DNA from: an uncultured Bacteroidales bacterium
GTDB lineage: Bacteria > Bacteroidota > Bacteroidia > Bacteroidales > VadinHA17
Reading direction: 5' to 3'
Length of the DNA stretch: 64,000 bases
NCBI GenBank assembly: GCA_963725585.1
Contig: CAVRYU010000009.1
Location: forward strand, 413,070-477,069
Part shown: one piece after another, positions 1-9,804 of the stretch
Layout of the letters: every line of letters begins with the position of its first letter
How positions within the stretch are numbered: the stretch's first letter is position 1
Position numbers and translations under genes: made by a program
The notes under the pieces: model-generated
Databases searched by the model: none
The model's input: the letters and a program-made list of their open reading frames with translations, nothing else
What the model was told of the DNA's origin: nothing

Positions 1-2
1 GT

Positions 3-962
3 GCAACGCCTCCTAAAGGTAACTATGCAGACCTTAAGACTACAGGATGGGAAGCTACTTTATCCTGGAGAGACAAATTTAACCTTGCTGCAAAACAGTT
101 CAACTTTGAAATAAGAGGTACTCTTGCTGATAATAAATCAGTTATTCAAAGGTACAACAACCCGGAAAAAGTCCTGACAGATTATTATGAAGGTCAGGTC
201 ATTGGTGAGATATGGGGTTATGACACCGAAGGCTTCTTTGTTGATGCGGCTGATATAGCTGCTCATGCAGATCAGAGCCTGTTTAAAAACACTTCATCTG
301 GTGCAAATTACCCAGGTGATCTGAAATTAGTAGACTCGGACGGGAGCAAAAAAATTGACTATGGTACCAACAGGATAGGAAATACCGGTGACAAGCACAT
401 AATAGGGAACAGCGCTGCTCATTATACATATACAATTAATGTGAATGCCGACTGGAGCAACTTCTTCATCTCTGCATTCTTTCAGGGTGTAGGTAAACAA
501 CAGTGGTGGCCGAGTTCTGAAGCCAGCCTTTTCTGGGGGCAATATAACAGACCTTACAACCCGATTCCTAAATGGCAGCTTGGTAATTACTGGACTCCGG
601 AAAATACTGATGCTTATTTACCAAGATATGTCTCACGACTTGCAAACAGATCCGGTTCAATGCTGGTGGAGGCACCTCAGACAAAGTATCTGCAGAACAT
701 TGCATATCTGAGGTTGAAAAATATTCAAATCGGATATAACCTGCCGGTCAGCCTGGTCTCAAAGATCGGAATGGCAGGTATGAGAGTCTATTTTTCAGGA
801 GAGAATCTCTGGACAATGTCGCCTCTTTATAAAATCACAAGAGATCTGGATGTTGAGAACACAGGGCCATCTGATCAGTTATTCACCTCAGGTAATTCCG
901 GAGACGGGTACAACTACCCGATGATGAAAAATGTGACCTTCGGCCTGTCAATAACATTTTAA
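3..962 (+). CDS. SusC-family TonB-dependent outer-membrane receptor, C-terminal part (5' end outside window)
   Basis: The frame is open from the window edge (ATPPKGNYADLKTTGWEATLSWRDKF...). It ends in the typical beta-barrel tail ...NVTFGLSITF and is followed 21 nt later by a SusD gene. The 441 start in the ORF track is an internal GTG. Confidence 0.85.
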   Translation, partial: ATPPKGNYADLKTTGWEATLSWRDKFNLAAKQFNFEIRGTLADNKSVIQRYNNPEKVLTDYYEGQVIGEIWGYDTEGFFVDAADIAAHADQSLFKNTSSGANYPGDLKLVDSDGSKKIDYGTNRIGNTGDKHIIGNSAAHYTYTINVNADWSNFFISAFFQGVGKQQWWPSSEASLFWGQYNRPYNPIPKWQLGNYWTPENTDAYLPRYVSRLANRSGSMLVEAPQTKYLQNIAYLRLKNIQIGYNLPVSLVSKIGMAGMRVYFSGENLWTMSPLYKITRDLDVENTGPSDQLFTSGNSGDGYNYPMMKNVTFGLSITF

Positions 963-983
963 TTCACATTTAATATTATAGTT

Positions 984-2804
984 ATGAAAAATATATTTTG
1001 GTCGCTTATTCTGATAATTGCTCTCTGTGTCAGTTGCGAGCTAGAGCAACTACCACAGGCAACTGTATCAAAAGAGGCTGTTTTCGGAAGTGAGAAAGGT
1101 TTGGAATTATATGCAAACTCCTTTTATAATTTGCTTCCATCAGCAAATGATATTCTTCGTGAGGATGGTATGTCTGACTTCACTGCCCGACGGGATGCCC
1201 CGGCTTTATTTGTAGCAGGCTCATATACTCCCACCACCAATGACAATACAAATGAATCAGCTTACACAAGAGTATCTCTTGGTGGCGATGCAAACTGGGG
1301 ATGGTCATCCTTAAGGAATATTAATTATTTCATAGTGAATTGCAATGATCCCAAAGTACCTGCTGATGTGAGAAATAATTACATCGGACTCGCAAAATTC
1401 TTCAGGGCATGGTTCTATTTTGAAAAGGTAAAAAGATATGGTGATGTCCCATGGATAAATAAACCTCTGGAAGTTGGTGATCCTGATCTTAATAAAGCCC
1501 GTGATCCAAGAACAATGGTAATGGATTCCATCCTTTCGGACCTTAACTATGCCTGTGCGAACATCAAAATTACAAGCGATGCATCACGCAGTTTGATTAC
1601 AAAATATGTAGCCTACGCCTTTAAAGCCAGGGTTTGTCTCTTTGAAGGCACATTCAGGAAATACCATACTGAACTGAACCTTGGAGCAAGTGCAAATACG
1701 TGGCTTAATGAGGCAGCAACAACAGCCAGGAAAGTAATGGATGAAGCTGGTTTCAAGGTTTATGAAGGTGCTGGTACCAGCGGATCATACAGGAAAATTT
1801 TCATTAATGCAGCTCCTGTTCCTGAAGAAATAATGTTTACCAATGTTATGGACCTGACTCTGAGTGTTCTTAATACAGCAAACTGGATATTTACAAGTTC
1901 AACCACAGGAATCAGGTTTAATTTTGTCCGTACATTCATTAATACGTATCTGAAAATTGACGGGACTCCTTTTACGGATACTCCTGGGTATGAAACCATG
2001 CTTTTCAAGGATGAGGTCAAGAACAGGGATAAAAGACTGCAGCAAACCATAAGAATGGGCGATTACAAGAGACTTAACGCTGGCGTACTTGTAAACACAC
2101 CACCAAGTTTTGCATACTCTTATACCGGCTATCAGCCAATTAAATGGAGCCTTGATGATGTATATTATGATACCAGGGACCTTAATATTAATGCAGTATG
2201 CATGTTTCGTTATGGTGAGGTCCTGCTAAACTATGCTGAGGCAAAAGCCGAATTAGGTACACTTACAGATGCTGACTGGGCTCTGACTATTGGTAAGCTG
2301 CGTACAAGGGCAGGAATTACCGGCGGTCTTACCCTAAAGCCAACAGTTGTCGATACTTATCTGCAGACTAAGTACTTCCCCGGAATTACAGATCCTGTTA
2401 TCCTTGAGATAAGAAGGGATAGAGCAATTGAACTTGCTATGGAAGGATTCCGTTTTTATGATTTAATCCGGTGGAAACGCGGCGAACTTTTTGCAATGGA
2501 ATGGAACGGAATGTATGTACCTGCCCTTGTAACACCAATGGATATAAATGAAGACGGTGTTCTGGATGTGGCTTTTTATCAGGGAACTAAACCATCACCT
2601 GCTGTTTCAGGAGTTACTTATATAGATGTTTCAGCTACCAGCGGCGGAAAGCCTAATGCCATGAGACTAAAAAATGATACAAGTGGTGAGATGGTCTGGC
2701 TGAACACTGTTCCAAGGGTCTGGAATCAAAAGAATTACTATTATCCGATTCCGGAAGCTGACAGATTAATGAACACTAATCTGGTGCAGAATCCTGGTTG
2801 GTAG
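984..2804 (+). CDS. SusD/RagB-family nutrient-binding outer-membrane lipoprotein
   Basis: 606 aa with a lipoprotein signal (LIIALCVSC). SusD-like motifs are present (RAWFYFEKVKRYGDVPW, NYAEAK, ELAMEGFRFYDLIRW). It sits immediately downstream of SusC. Confidence 0.9.
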   Translation: MKNIFWSLILIIALCVSCELEQLPQATVSKEAVFGSEKGLELYANSFYNLLPSANDILREDGMSDFTARRDAPALFVAGSYTPTTNDNTNESAYTRVSLGGDANWGWSSLRNINYFIVNCNDPKVPADVRNNYIGLAKFFRAWFYFEKVKRYGDVPWINKPLEVGDPDLNKARDPRTMVMDSILSDLNYACANIKITSDASRSLITKYVAYAFKARVCLFEGTFRKYHTELNLGASANTWLNEAATTARKVMDEAGFKVYEGAGTSGSYRKIFINAAPVPEEIMFTNVMDLTLSVLNTANWIFTSSTTGIRFNFVRTFINTYLKIDGTPFTDTPGYETMLFKDEVKNRDKRLQQTIRMGDYKRLNAGVLVNTPPSFAYSYTGYQPIKWSLDDVYYDTRDLNINAVCMFRYGEVLLNYAEAKAELGTLTDADWALTIGKLRTRAGITGGLTLKPTVVDTYLQTKYFPGITDPVILEIRRDRAIELAMEGFRFYDLIRWKRGELFAMEWNGMYVPALVTPMDINEDGVLDVAFYQGTKPSPAVSGVTYIDVSATSGGKPNAMRLKNDTSGEMVWLNTVPRVWNQKNYYYPIPEADRLMNTNLVQNPGW

Positions 2805-2834
2805 AAACAACCCGCCTTTCTTAAAGATTTGAAA

Positions 2835-2867
2835 GAAGCTCCTTTTATCTTAAGGGTAAAAGGAGCT
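2835..2867. terminator. Bidirectional stem-loop between convergent genes
   Basis: aagctcctttt (2835-2845) is complementary to aaaaggagctt (2857-2867). It has A/T runs on both sides and overlaps the 3' end of the minus-strand gene. Confidence 0.5.
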
Positions 2868-3372
2868 TTTCAATTTCACCCCAGGAGCCGACTCTTGTGT
2901 GCGTTGTATTTGTTATAAGCATATTATGGGGCTGGGTGAATAATATTGTCCTGCCTTCGAAATGATTGAGGTTTTTAAAATGGTCATCAATCATTATATC
3001 TGCCTTAACAATACCCTTATCACCGCAAAAAACCAGTTGCTTCCAGGTGATAAAAGGAAAGTTTTCGTGCATCCATAGCTGTTTGTCTGTGAGGCAATAA
3101 GGAAATTCAGTAGCCAGGGAGACTACAACGATTTTATAATGATTATTTAGCTTCTTTAATGCTTCCCGACTGCCTGGCATAACAGGAAGATTCCTGAAAA
3201 ACCCTTGTGAGCTTACCCATTCACGCTGATTCATAAATGCCTCTTCCTCGAGAAGCCCGGCAATATCGTTTAAGTTCAGCTTCTGTCCTGTCTCCCGTTC
3301 ATGTAACTCAAAAAATGTGGTGTAAACATCGGCTAAAACACCATCCATATCTACCAGAATACTCTTTTTCAT
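2845..3372 (-). CDS. HAD-superfamily 5'(3')-deoxyribonucleotidase (NT5C-like)
   Basis: 175 aa. The N-terminal HAD motif I is ILVDMDGVLAD. Size and remaining motifs resemble the NT5C family. Confidence 0.65.
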   Translation of the reverse strand: MKKSILVDMDGVLADVYTTFFELHERETGQKLNLNDIAGLLEEEAFMNQREWVSSQGFFRNLPVMPGSREALKKLNNHYKIVVVSLATEFPYCLTDKQLWMHENFPFITWKQLVFCGDKGIVKADIMIDDHFKNLNHFEGRTILFTQPHNMLITNTTHTRVGSWGEIEKLLLPLR

Positions 3373-3390
3373 TATAGAATCATTTGATTG

Positions 3391-3489
3391 TCGTGCAGGT
3401 CATGCAAGTTGTGCAAGTCATGCAAGTCAAAAACCTGACCTGCAGAACCTGCAAGACCTGCAAGACCTGCAAGACCTGCAAGACCTGCA
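3391..3489. repeat. Simple-sequence hairpin element: tgcaagt/tgcaggt words, then about 4.8 tandem copies of the 9-mer acctgcaag
   Basis: The left arm is gtgcaggtcatgcaagttgtgcaagtcatgcaagtc. The right arm is gacctgcagaacctgcaag(acctgcaag)x3acctgca. The arms are imperfect reverse complements. Confidence 0.8.
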
Positions 3490-3502
3490 TAACCGCATGA
3501 CT

Positions 3503-5656
3503 TTAGTTAACTGTCATAAACCTCCATGTCACTTCGCCAATATTATCTGGTTTGCCCTTTTCAGCTTTTGAAACAGTTCCCTTCAGTTTTCCCTTTTTAT
3601 CAGTCATGACAATAATATCACGCCATGAATAGCGGCCTTTTTCGTAATCGAATGTCTCACCGTCATCATCGTACAACCTGTAAAATCCAGGAGCAGAACC
3701 ATAATATCTTATTTCGAGATCATATTTTTGTCCGGATGATGGAGCATGCAAAACGGGTTTCATCATCGGAATTATTGCCCCGTCTTTTACAAATACAGGA
3801 ATTTTTCCAAGTCCCGGAGTGACCTTTATGATCTCACCATCACCGGCATATTTTCCTGAATAAAAGTCGAACCATTTGCCTTCAGGCAGGATTACTTCCC
3901 GTGTTGTCTGACCTGTAAAAAGTGGTGCCACAAGAAGGTATTCACCTGTCATATACTGGTCCCTGATTTCTTTTACAACTGCCTCACCGTAAGGATCTTC
4001 TCCAGGATCTGAATTCTTACTTAACTGCTTCGGTCTGACGTTAAACCCGGGTTCCAGATTCATTCCCCTGAATGGAGGTGTCCCCTCAAAATGATATTTT
4101 GCAAATTCGGAATAGAGATAAGGGATCAGCTGCATACGGAGCAGGGCATACTCTTTTACTTCTTTCTCAACCTCCGGGAACGACCAGGGTCTGGTTCCGC
4201 TCGACCAGGCATTTATCATCGCCATCGGCGAAAAACAGACAGTCTGGAATCTTCGAAGCCATTCTTCTCCTGTTTTTGAGCTCCTTACTTCAGGGGTCCA
4301 TAATACTCCAGCGAATCCGCTGTTGATCAATGCAGTTATGAAATCTTCGTGACTGTAATAGTCATTGTAAATAACGTAAGGGAATGATGAACCGCCACCG
4401 TTTGAGGAGCGCGTCAATCCAAATGTCCTTTGATTTTTCCGGTGAAACAGGTCAGTGGTGATCTTTTGCAGAAGCAGCCCATATGTCTGACGGATCTGTT
4501 CAGCACTGTTCCCCGATGGAAATTGAGCCACATCCGGCCATAGCCATCTGTCATAGCCGTCTGATTCATCTATCTTATAACCGCTTATTCCGATGCTTAC
4601 CTGGCTCTTATCAATTTGATCTGTCAGTATTTCAACAGCACCTGGAATTGTCAGGTCTGGAACAACACCACCCCAAACTGTATGGGTTCCTGTGAACGGA
4701 AGTATCTCCTCATAAATGGAGGATTTGGATGATATATAAGGATTGGTCCATAAATTAAGGCGGATACCCATCTCTTTCATTGTTCTTACAAAAGCGGGAG
4801 GATTGGGAAATCTTGTACTGTCCCAGTCAAGAGTACACGGATATGACCTGCTTTGCCAACCTGGTTCAAGTCCGATAAAATCAAGGGGAAACCCATGTTC
4901 TTCGAACAAATTTGCTTCATTTATGACCTGTACGGAGGTATAAAGCCTTGGTACACGCTGGGTGAATCCAAGTCCCCACCGGGGGGGTAAGCAACCGCCT
5001 CCGGAGTAAAGATTGAACCTCCTGACAGCATTAAGCATTGTGGGACCGGCAAAGATGTATATTTCAACCCCGCCGGCCGGTACAAGAATCTCCACTGCAT
5101 CACTATAAGGTTGAGCGGTCCAGTTATCATCAGTGTTCCTGTCACGCTCTTCCGGTGCATCCCGGCTATCCTTTCTTACTCCGGTCCCGGCATATATGGT
5201 AAGATATCTTGAGCTGTTAATAAATACTCCGTATCCCCTGTCAGATACATAAAATGGAACCGGAGCATGAGTACGGCCATTATCGGTACCTCCGTAATGA
5301 TCAACATGAAGCTGAAGAATCCTTCCTCGTTGATAAACTGTCTTGAAATTTAAACCGAAGCCGAAAATTTTCTCTTCCTTTTCAAGCGGAAAGCTTAGGC
5401 TGGTGGTTCCATTGCCTGTTTGTGCTGTTATTCTATCAGGTGGAAGGGGAAAGGGAGCTGCTCCCAGCTTCGATAATGCATTTAATGCAGGTTTTATTTC
5501 GGCAGCCCTGAAGAGATCCAGTTTTTCGGGTGTACCCACAGACATTTTCCACACTCCGGGGGCAACTTCACTCCATGTTGAAGTCTGGCATTGGATTGAA
5601 GTTGTCAAATAAAAGAGAGTAAGAATTCCTGAAAGTTTTAATATTGTATTCTTCAT
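3503..5656 (-). CDS. Glycoside hydrolase family 31 (alpha-glucosidase/alpha-xylosidase type), secreted
   Basis: 717 aa with a signal peptide. The layout is GH31-like (..PRWGLGF.., ..WTNPYI.., ..GYKIDESDG.. catalytic region, ..GEYLLVAP..). Confidence 0.8.
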   Translation of the reverse strand: MKNTILKLSGILTLFYLTTSIQCQTSTWSEVAPGVWKMSVGTPEKLDLFRAAEIKPALNALSKLGAAPFPLPPDRITAQTGNGTTSLSFPLEKEEKIFGFGLNFKTVYQRGRILQLHVDHYGGTDNGRTHAPVPFYVSDRGYGVFINSSRYLTIYAGTGVRKDSRDAPEERDRNTDDNWTAQPYSDAVEILVPAGGVEIYIFAGPTMLNAVRRFNLYSGGGCLPPRWGLGFTQRVPRLYTSVQVINEANLFEEHGFPLDFIGLEPGWQSRSYPCTLDWDSTRFPNPPAFVRTMKEMGIRLNLWTNPYISSKSSIYEEILPFTGTHTVWGGVVPDLTIPGAVEILTDQIDKSQVSIGISGYKIDESDGYDRWLWPDVAQFPSGNSAEQIRQTYGLLLQKITTDLFHRKNQRTFGLTRSSNGGGSSFPYVIYNDYYSHEDFITALINSGFAGVLWTPEVRSSKTGEEWLRRFQTVCFSPMAMINAWSSGTRPWSFPEVEKEVKEYALLRMQLIPYLYSEFAKYHFEGTPPFRGMNLEPGFNVRPKQLSKNSDPGEDPYGEAVVKEIRDQYMTGEYLLVAPLFTGQTTREVILPEGKWFDFYSGKYAGDGEIIKVTPGLGKIPVFVKDGAIIPMMKPVLHAPSSGQKYDLEIRYYGSAPGFYRLYDDDGETFDYEKGRYSWRDIIVMTDKKGKLKGTVSKAEKGKPDNIGEVTWRFMTVN

Positions 5657-5724
5657 TCAGTATTTTGAATTTTAAGGATTTTCGGTTTTCAATGATAGTT
5701 AAATTTTATTTTTTTAGATTTAAA

Positions 5725-5801
5725 CCCCCTTCCCAACCTTCCCCCACGGGGGAAGGAGTAAGAAAAAATCCTTTCCCCCTTGGGGGAAATAAGAAAGGGG
5801 G
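5725..5801. repeat. C/G-run nested-hairpin intergenic repeat, type 1 (copy A)
   Basis: CCCCC-ttcccaa-CCTTCCCCC acg GGGGAAGG-(15 nt)-TTTCCCCC ttg GGGGAAA-taagaaa-GGGGG. Two internal hairpins are bracketed by a complementary C5/G5 pair. Confidence 0.85.
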
Positions 5802-6034
5802 TCAGCTAACCCTATTTTAACGGATTGATATACACTCATATTCAACCTTTTATTGGAGACAATATTCTCTATTGTAAATAAACAGTCTTTATTTTTGATT
5901 TTAAGAATTTTTAAGGTTTGAAAGTAAAAAAAAGCAGGATCATTATTGCTTATTAAGTCCGATTTAATTTACTTTTACCTGCTCATGTGCCGTCATGGCA
6001 GAATGAAAAGTAATTCAGTATTAATTAAAGGACA

Positions 6035-7120
6035 ATGAAGAGAATAAAAAGAATTTTAAAAAACCCTCAATTTCTCCTCTCGCTGGCTTCGGTCAAGGTG
6101 CTTATTCTTGCAACCGGACTGGTTATTAATGGGCAGTCAGTAAAGCATAAAGCAATCAGGCTTGAAAGGCTTGAGGAACAGCACAAGGTAAATGTTTATA
6201 TCGATGGGTCATTATTCACTACATATCAATATCCGTCTGATCTTGAGAAGCCTTTTCTTTTTCCTGTTTATGCACCTAACGGATCAGTTATTACAAGGGG
6301 ATACCCTCTAGCTCCACGCCCGGGAGAAAGAGTGGATCATCCTCACCAGTTGGGAATATGGTTTAACCATGGAAATATTAACGGGCTGGATTTCTGGAAT
6401 AATTCATCAGCCATTCCGGCGGATAAAAAGGAATCTTATGGACATATTGCAGTTCAGAAGATCATCAGGGCTGAAGGCGGGAAGAAGGGGATCCTGGAAG
6501 TTTCATCTGACTGGAAAGATAACAAAGGGACGACTTTGCTGACAGATAATACGGAATATGTATTTTCGGCCGGGAAGAATTCAAGAACGATCGATCATAT
6601 TGCAACGCTTACCGCTGTAAACGGTCCTGTAACAATTACCGACAACAAGGAAGGTCTCTTTGCGATAAGGGTTGACAGGGCTTTTGAGATGCCATCAAAT
6701 GAATCACTGATATTTACTGATGAAAAAGGTAATCCAACAACTGTGAAAGCCACGGATAATAAAGGGGTAACAGGTATGTTTACCTCAAGTCAGGGGTTAA
6801 AAGGAGATGCAGTATGGGGAACAAGGAACAACTGGGTATTGCTTACAGGGGTGAAAGATAATACAACGATCACCTTTGGTATTTTTGATCATCCGAAAAA
6901 TCCGGGTTACCCTGCATATGCACATGCAAGGGGTTACGGGCTCTTTTCAGTGAATAATCTCGGTCAGAATTCATACGATCCCAAACAGGAGAAGAGAATC
7001 TGGAATCTGGCAAAGGGAGAATCGATTACACTCCGCCACAGGTTTTATGTTCAGTCGGGAGCTGAGCTGACACCTGAAAATGCGGATAAGATATTTAAAC
7101 AATTTTCGAAAGAATATTAG
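6035..7120 (+). CDS. DUF6807 / PmoA-like family protein (function unknown), secreted
   Basis: 361 aa with an N-terminal hydrophobic signal. The motif is PFLFPVYAPNGSVITRGYPLAPRPGERVDHPHQLGIWFNHGNINGLDFWNN. There is a paralog at 48216-49283. Confidence 0.65.
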   Translation: MKRIKRILKNPQFLLSLASVKVLILATGLVINGQSVKHKAIRLERLEEQHKVNVYIDGSLFTTYQYPSDLEKPFLFPVYAPNGSVITRGYPLAPRPGERVDHPHQLGIWFNHGNINGLDFWNNSSAIPADKKESYGHIAVQKIIRAEGGKKGILEVSSDWKDNKGTTLLTDNTEYVFSAGKNSRTIDHIATLTAVNGPVTITDNKEGLFAIRVDRAFEMPSNESLIFTDEKGNPTTVKATDNKGVTGMFTSSQGLKGDAVWGTRNNWVLLTGVKDNTTITFGIFDHPKNPGYPAYAHARGYGLFSVNNLGQNSYDPKQEKRIWNLAKGESITLRHRFYVQSGAELTPENADKIFKQFSKEY

Positions 7121-7127
7121 ACAGGTA

Positions 7128-7156
7128 CCCACCCCCCAGCACCCCTCTCTGGTGAG
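7128..7156. repeat. Truncated/degenerate C-run repeat
   Basis: cccaccccccagcacccctctctggtgag resembles the 5' part of the element at 32720. Confidence 0.4.
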
Positions 7157-7188
7157 TACATGAATATTTACCTAAAACCAAATTAACT

Positions 7189-7989
7189 ATGAAGAAAATC
7201 AATTTGTTCAAAATCGGATTAGCCTCTGTGGCTGTTCTCCTATTCTTCTCATTTACAGCCGTCACAAATGCGGCTCCGCCTAAGCAAATGTATTATGAAC
7301 TAAAAATTTACCGGTTAAAAGATCCGGGTAAAGGTGCCGTTATTGACAAATATCTGAAAGAAGCTTTTATTCCGGCAATGCATAAAGCAGGAATACCTAC
7401 GATTGGAGTTTTCAAACCAATTGAGACAGATACGGCATATGGGAAAATGGTCTATGTATTTATCCCATATAAGACTATAGATCAATATCTTAATGCTATA
7501 ACAGTGCTTGAGAACGATCCAGTTCACCAGCAGGCAGGTAAGGATTTTCTTGACGCTCCATATAATGATGCTCCCTTTACCAGGTATGAGAGTGTATTCA
7601 TGAAGGCCTTTACGCTTATGCCGGAGTTCAGAGTACCTTCTTTTACCACTCCCCGGGGAGAAAGAATTTATGAATTAAGGAGTTATGCGAGTTGGACAGA
7701 GGCAAAAGCAACAAAGAAAATACATATGTTCAACGAAGGCGGTGAAATGGCTATTTTTGAAAAAATTGGAGCTAACGCTGTATTTTATGGTCAGGTATTA
7801 TTAGGCAGTCAGAAACCTAGGCTGATGTATATGACCACATATGCTGATATGAATTCGCAAAAGGAGCATTGGGCTGCTTTCTCGAATCATCCTGACTGGA
7901 AGACTCTCAGGGCAAAGGAGGAATATGCAAATACGGTTATAAAAGCGAACGCATACCTTCTTCATCCGACAGACTACTCAGATTTTTAA
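7189..7989 (+). CDS. NIPSNAP-domain protein (two NIPSNAP repeats), secreted
   Basis: 266 aa with a signal peptide. It has two copies of the Y-E-L-[KR]-x-Y start motif (YYELKIYRLK, IYELRSYAS) typical of NIPSNAP domains. Confidence 0.6.
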   Translation: MKKINLFKIGLASVAVLLFFSFTAVTNAAPPKQMYYELKIYRLKDPGKGAVIDKYLKEAFIPAMHKAGIPTIGVFKPIETDTAYGKMVYVFIPYKTIDQYLNAITVLENDPVHQQAGKDFLDAPYNDAPFTRYESVFMKAFTLMPEFRVPSFTTPRGERIYELRSYASWTEAKATKKIHMFNEGGEMAIFEKIGANAVFYGQVLLGSQKPRLMYMTTYADMNSQKEHWAAFSNHPDWKTLRAKEEYANTVIKANAYLLHPTDYSDF

Positions 7990-7996
7990 TAATTCT

Positions 7997-8077
7997 GCCC
8001 CCCAACCCCCCTAAAGGGGGGCCAGGAAAGCGAAATTTAGATCAAAATCCCCCGCTGATCTAGGGGGCGCAGGGGGC
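7997..8077. repeat. C/G-run nested-hairpin intergenic repeat, type 2 (copy E)
   Basis: GCCCCCC aa CCCCCC taaa GGGGGG ...(27 nt)... CCCCC gctgatcta GGGGG cgca GGGGGC. It abuts the trpB2 stop codon. Confidence 0.85.
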
Positions 8078-9438
8078 TAAGCTGGAAATTCTATTTTTGA
8101 AATAGCATGCTCGACTTCGGCATTTGTAAGCTCGTGATCGGGAAGGTTATTTTCAAAATACTTCTCATAAGCCGAAATGTCGAAATGTCCGTGTCCGCTA
8201 AGGTTAAAAAGTATCGTCCTTGAGACTCCCTCGATATCAGCCTTTCTTGCCTCATCAAGCGCACCGGCAATTGCATAGGTTGATTCGGGAGCTGGAAGAA
8301 TGCCTTCGTTTCTTGCAAAAAGGACACCTGCCTCAAAGCATTCCCTCTGCATTTTTGCCTTTGCTTCGACCAATCCGTCTTTCTTGAGCTGACTTACAAG
8401 TGTTCCGGCCCCGTGATAGCGTAAACCTCCTGCATGTATCTTCTCAGGCATAAAATTATGTCCAAGTGTGTACATGGGCAGGAGAGGGGTCATTCCGGCT
8501 GAGTCGCCAAAGTCGTACATGAATTTCCCCTTTGTAAGTTTAGGGCATGAGGATGGCTCAATTGTCAGCAGTCGCGTCTTTTTACCATTTACCAGGTTTT
8601 CGCGAAGGAAAGGAAATGCAATTCCGGAGAAATTTGATCCGCCACCGAAGCATCCTATTACAACATCAGGATAATCATCGGTTTTTGCCATTTGGAGCAC
8701 GGCTTCCTGTCCTATGATCGTCTGGTGAAGGATAACATGGTTAAGCACACTTCCGAGAGAGTATTTGGTGTAAGGGTCTTCAGCAGCTATTTCCATTGCT
8801 TCAGAAATTGCAATGCCAAGACTTCCCGGAGAATCCGGATCAATTTCAAGAACTCTCCTGCCTGAGACTGTCATAGTTGATGGCGAAGGAATTACCTTGG
8901 CATTATAGACATTCATCAGGAGCTTGCGTCCGGGTTTCTGACCATAGCTGACCTTTACCATAAAGACCAGAAGTTCAAGTCCGAAATGCGCACAGGCGTA
9001 ACTCATTGCGCATCCCCATTGGCCGGCTCCGGTTTCAGTTGTGATCCTTCTTACTCCTTCCTGCTTATTATAGTAAGCCTGTGCAATCGCTGTGTTGGCT
9101 TTATGAGAACCTGAATAATTGCCCCCTTCATATTTAAAATAGATTTTGCTTTTTGTACCCAGGGTTTTTTCAAGATTGACTGCCCTGAACAAAGGTGATG
9201 GACGATAAGTTTTATAGAGGTCAAGTACTTCATCAGGTATTTCAATATACCTTTCAGCTGATACCTCCTGTTTAATCAGCTCCATCGGGAATACGGCAGC
9301 CAGAGCCTCGGGTCCTATTGGCTGACGTGTTGCCGGGTTCAGCGGTGGAAGGGGCTTATTGGGCATATCCGCCATAACATTATACCAGTGGGTTGGCATT
9401 TCTTTTTCGCTCAGTAAAATTTTTGTAATCTTTTTCAT
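8077..9438 (-). CDS. trpB: TrpB2-type tryptophan synthase beta-like PLP enzyme
   Basis: 453 aa. The long TrpB2 N-terminus is present (PTHWYNVMADMPNKPLPPLNP...) along with the PLP-lysine region GGNYSGSHKANTA. No trpA or other trp gene is adjacent. Confidence 0.85.
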   Translation of the reverse strand: MKKITKILLSEKEMPTHWYNVMADMPNKPLPPLNPATRQPIGPEALAAVFPMELIKQEVSAERYIEIPDEVLDLYKTYRPSPLFRAVNLEKTLGTKSKIYFKYEGGNYSGSHKANTAIAQAYYNKQEGVRRITTETGAGQWGCAMSYACAHFGLELLVFMVKVSYGQKPGRKLLMNVYNAKVIPSPSTMTVSGRRVLEIDPDSPGSLGIAISEAMEIAAEDPYTKYSLGSVLNHVILHQTIIGQEAVLQMAKTDDYPDVVIGCFGGGSNFSGIAFPFLRENLVNGKKTRLLTIEPSSCPKLTKGKFMYDFGDSAGMTPLLPMYTLGHNFMPEKIHAGGLRYHGAGTLVSQLKKDGLVEAKAKMQRECFEAGVLFARNEGILPAPESTYAIAGALDEARKADIEGVSRTILFNLSGHGHFDISAYEKYFENNLPDHELTNAEVEHAISKIEFPA

Positions 9439-9471
9439 TGGTTTAATTATTAAATGGTTATAGAATTTTCA

Positions 9472-9505
9472 AATAAAAAAGGCATGCTGTGAACAGCATG
9501 CCTTT
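9472..9505 (-). terminator. Intrinsic terminator of the Trp attenuator, about 33 nt upstream of the trpB2 start
   Basis: The minus strand reads aaaGGCATGCTGttcaCAGCATGCCttttttattt: a 9-bp perfect stem plus a U-tract. Confidence 0.8.
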
Positions 9506-9549
9506 ATGGGTAAATATCTTGTAGATTATATAACGGCCTTATTCACAGC

Positions 9550-9600
9550 TTAAATTTTCGAGCTGCGCCAGGACCAGATATATAATGTTCCAAATTTCAT
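9550..9600 (-). CDS. Trp leader peptide MKFGTLYIWSWRSSKI
   Basis: 16-codon ORF with two Trp codons (W-S-W). Its stop is followed directly by gctgtgaa, which is complementary to ttcacagc in the terminator loop and 3' arm (candidate antiterminator). Confidence 0.7.
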   Translation of the reverse strand: MKFGTLYIWSWRSSKI

Positions 9601-9716
9601 GGCATCAAAAATAAGTAAAAATTTCAATTTGCAAGAAAAAAGCAGAAAATATTTAATTTCTTAAATATTATCGTTGGTTTTAGTGTTAATCTGTTAAAAT
9701 TGATATTATCTTTTTA

Positions 9717-9784
9717 CCCCCTTCCCAACCCTTCCCCCATGGGGGAAGGAGACTTTTCCCCCCTGGGGGAAATAAGAAAGGGGG
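9717..9784. repeat. C/G-run nested-hairpin intergenic repeat, type 1 (copy B)
   Basis: CCCCC-ttcccaac-CCTTCCCCC at GGGGGAAGG-agac-TTTTCCCCC ct GGGGGAAA-taagaaa-GGGGG. It is near-identical in design to copy A and lies just downstream of aroA. Confidence 0.85.
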
Positions 9785-9804
9785 TGTCTCACCTATTCAG
9801 ATGT

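Noticed and set aside
3437-3489. Possible CRISPR-like array (regular acctgcaag repeats)
   Set aside because: The units are 9 nt and directly abutting, with no spacers, and no cas genes are nearby. This is a microsatellite/hairpin element, not CRISPR.
5802-6034. Possible small RNA or riboswitch in the 378-bp spacer upstream of the DUF6807 gene
   Set aside because: Only a short hairpin (tgccgtcatggca) and AT-rich sequence are present. No recognisable riboswitch core or conserved structure could be supported by eye.
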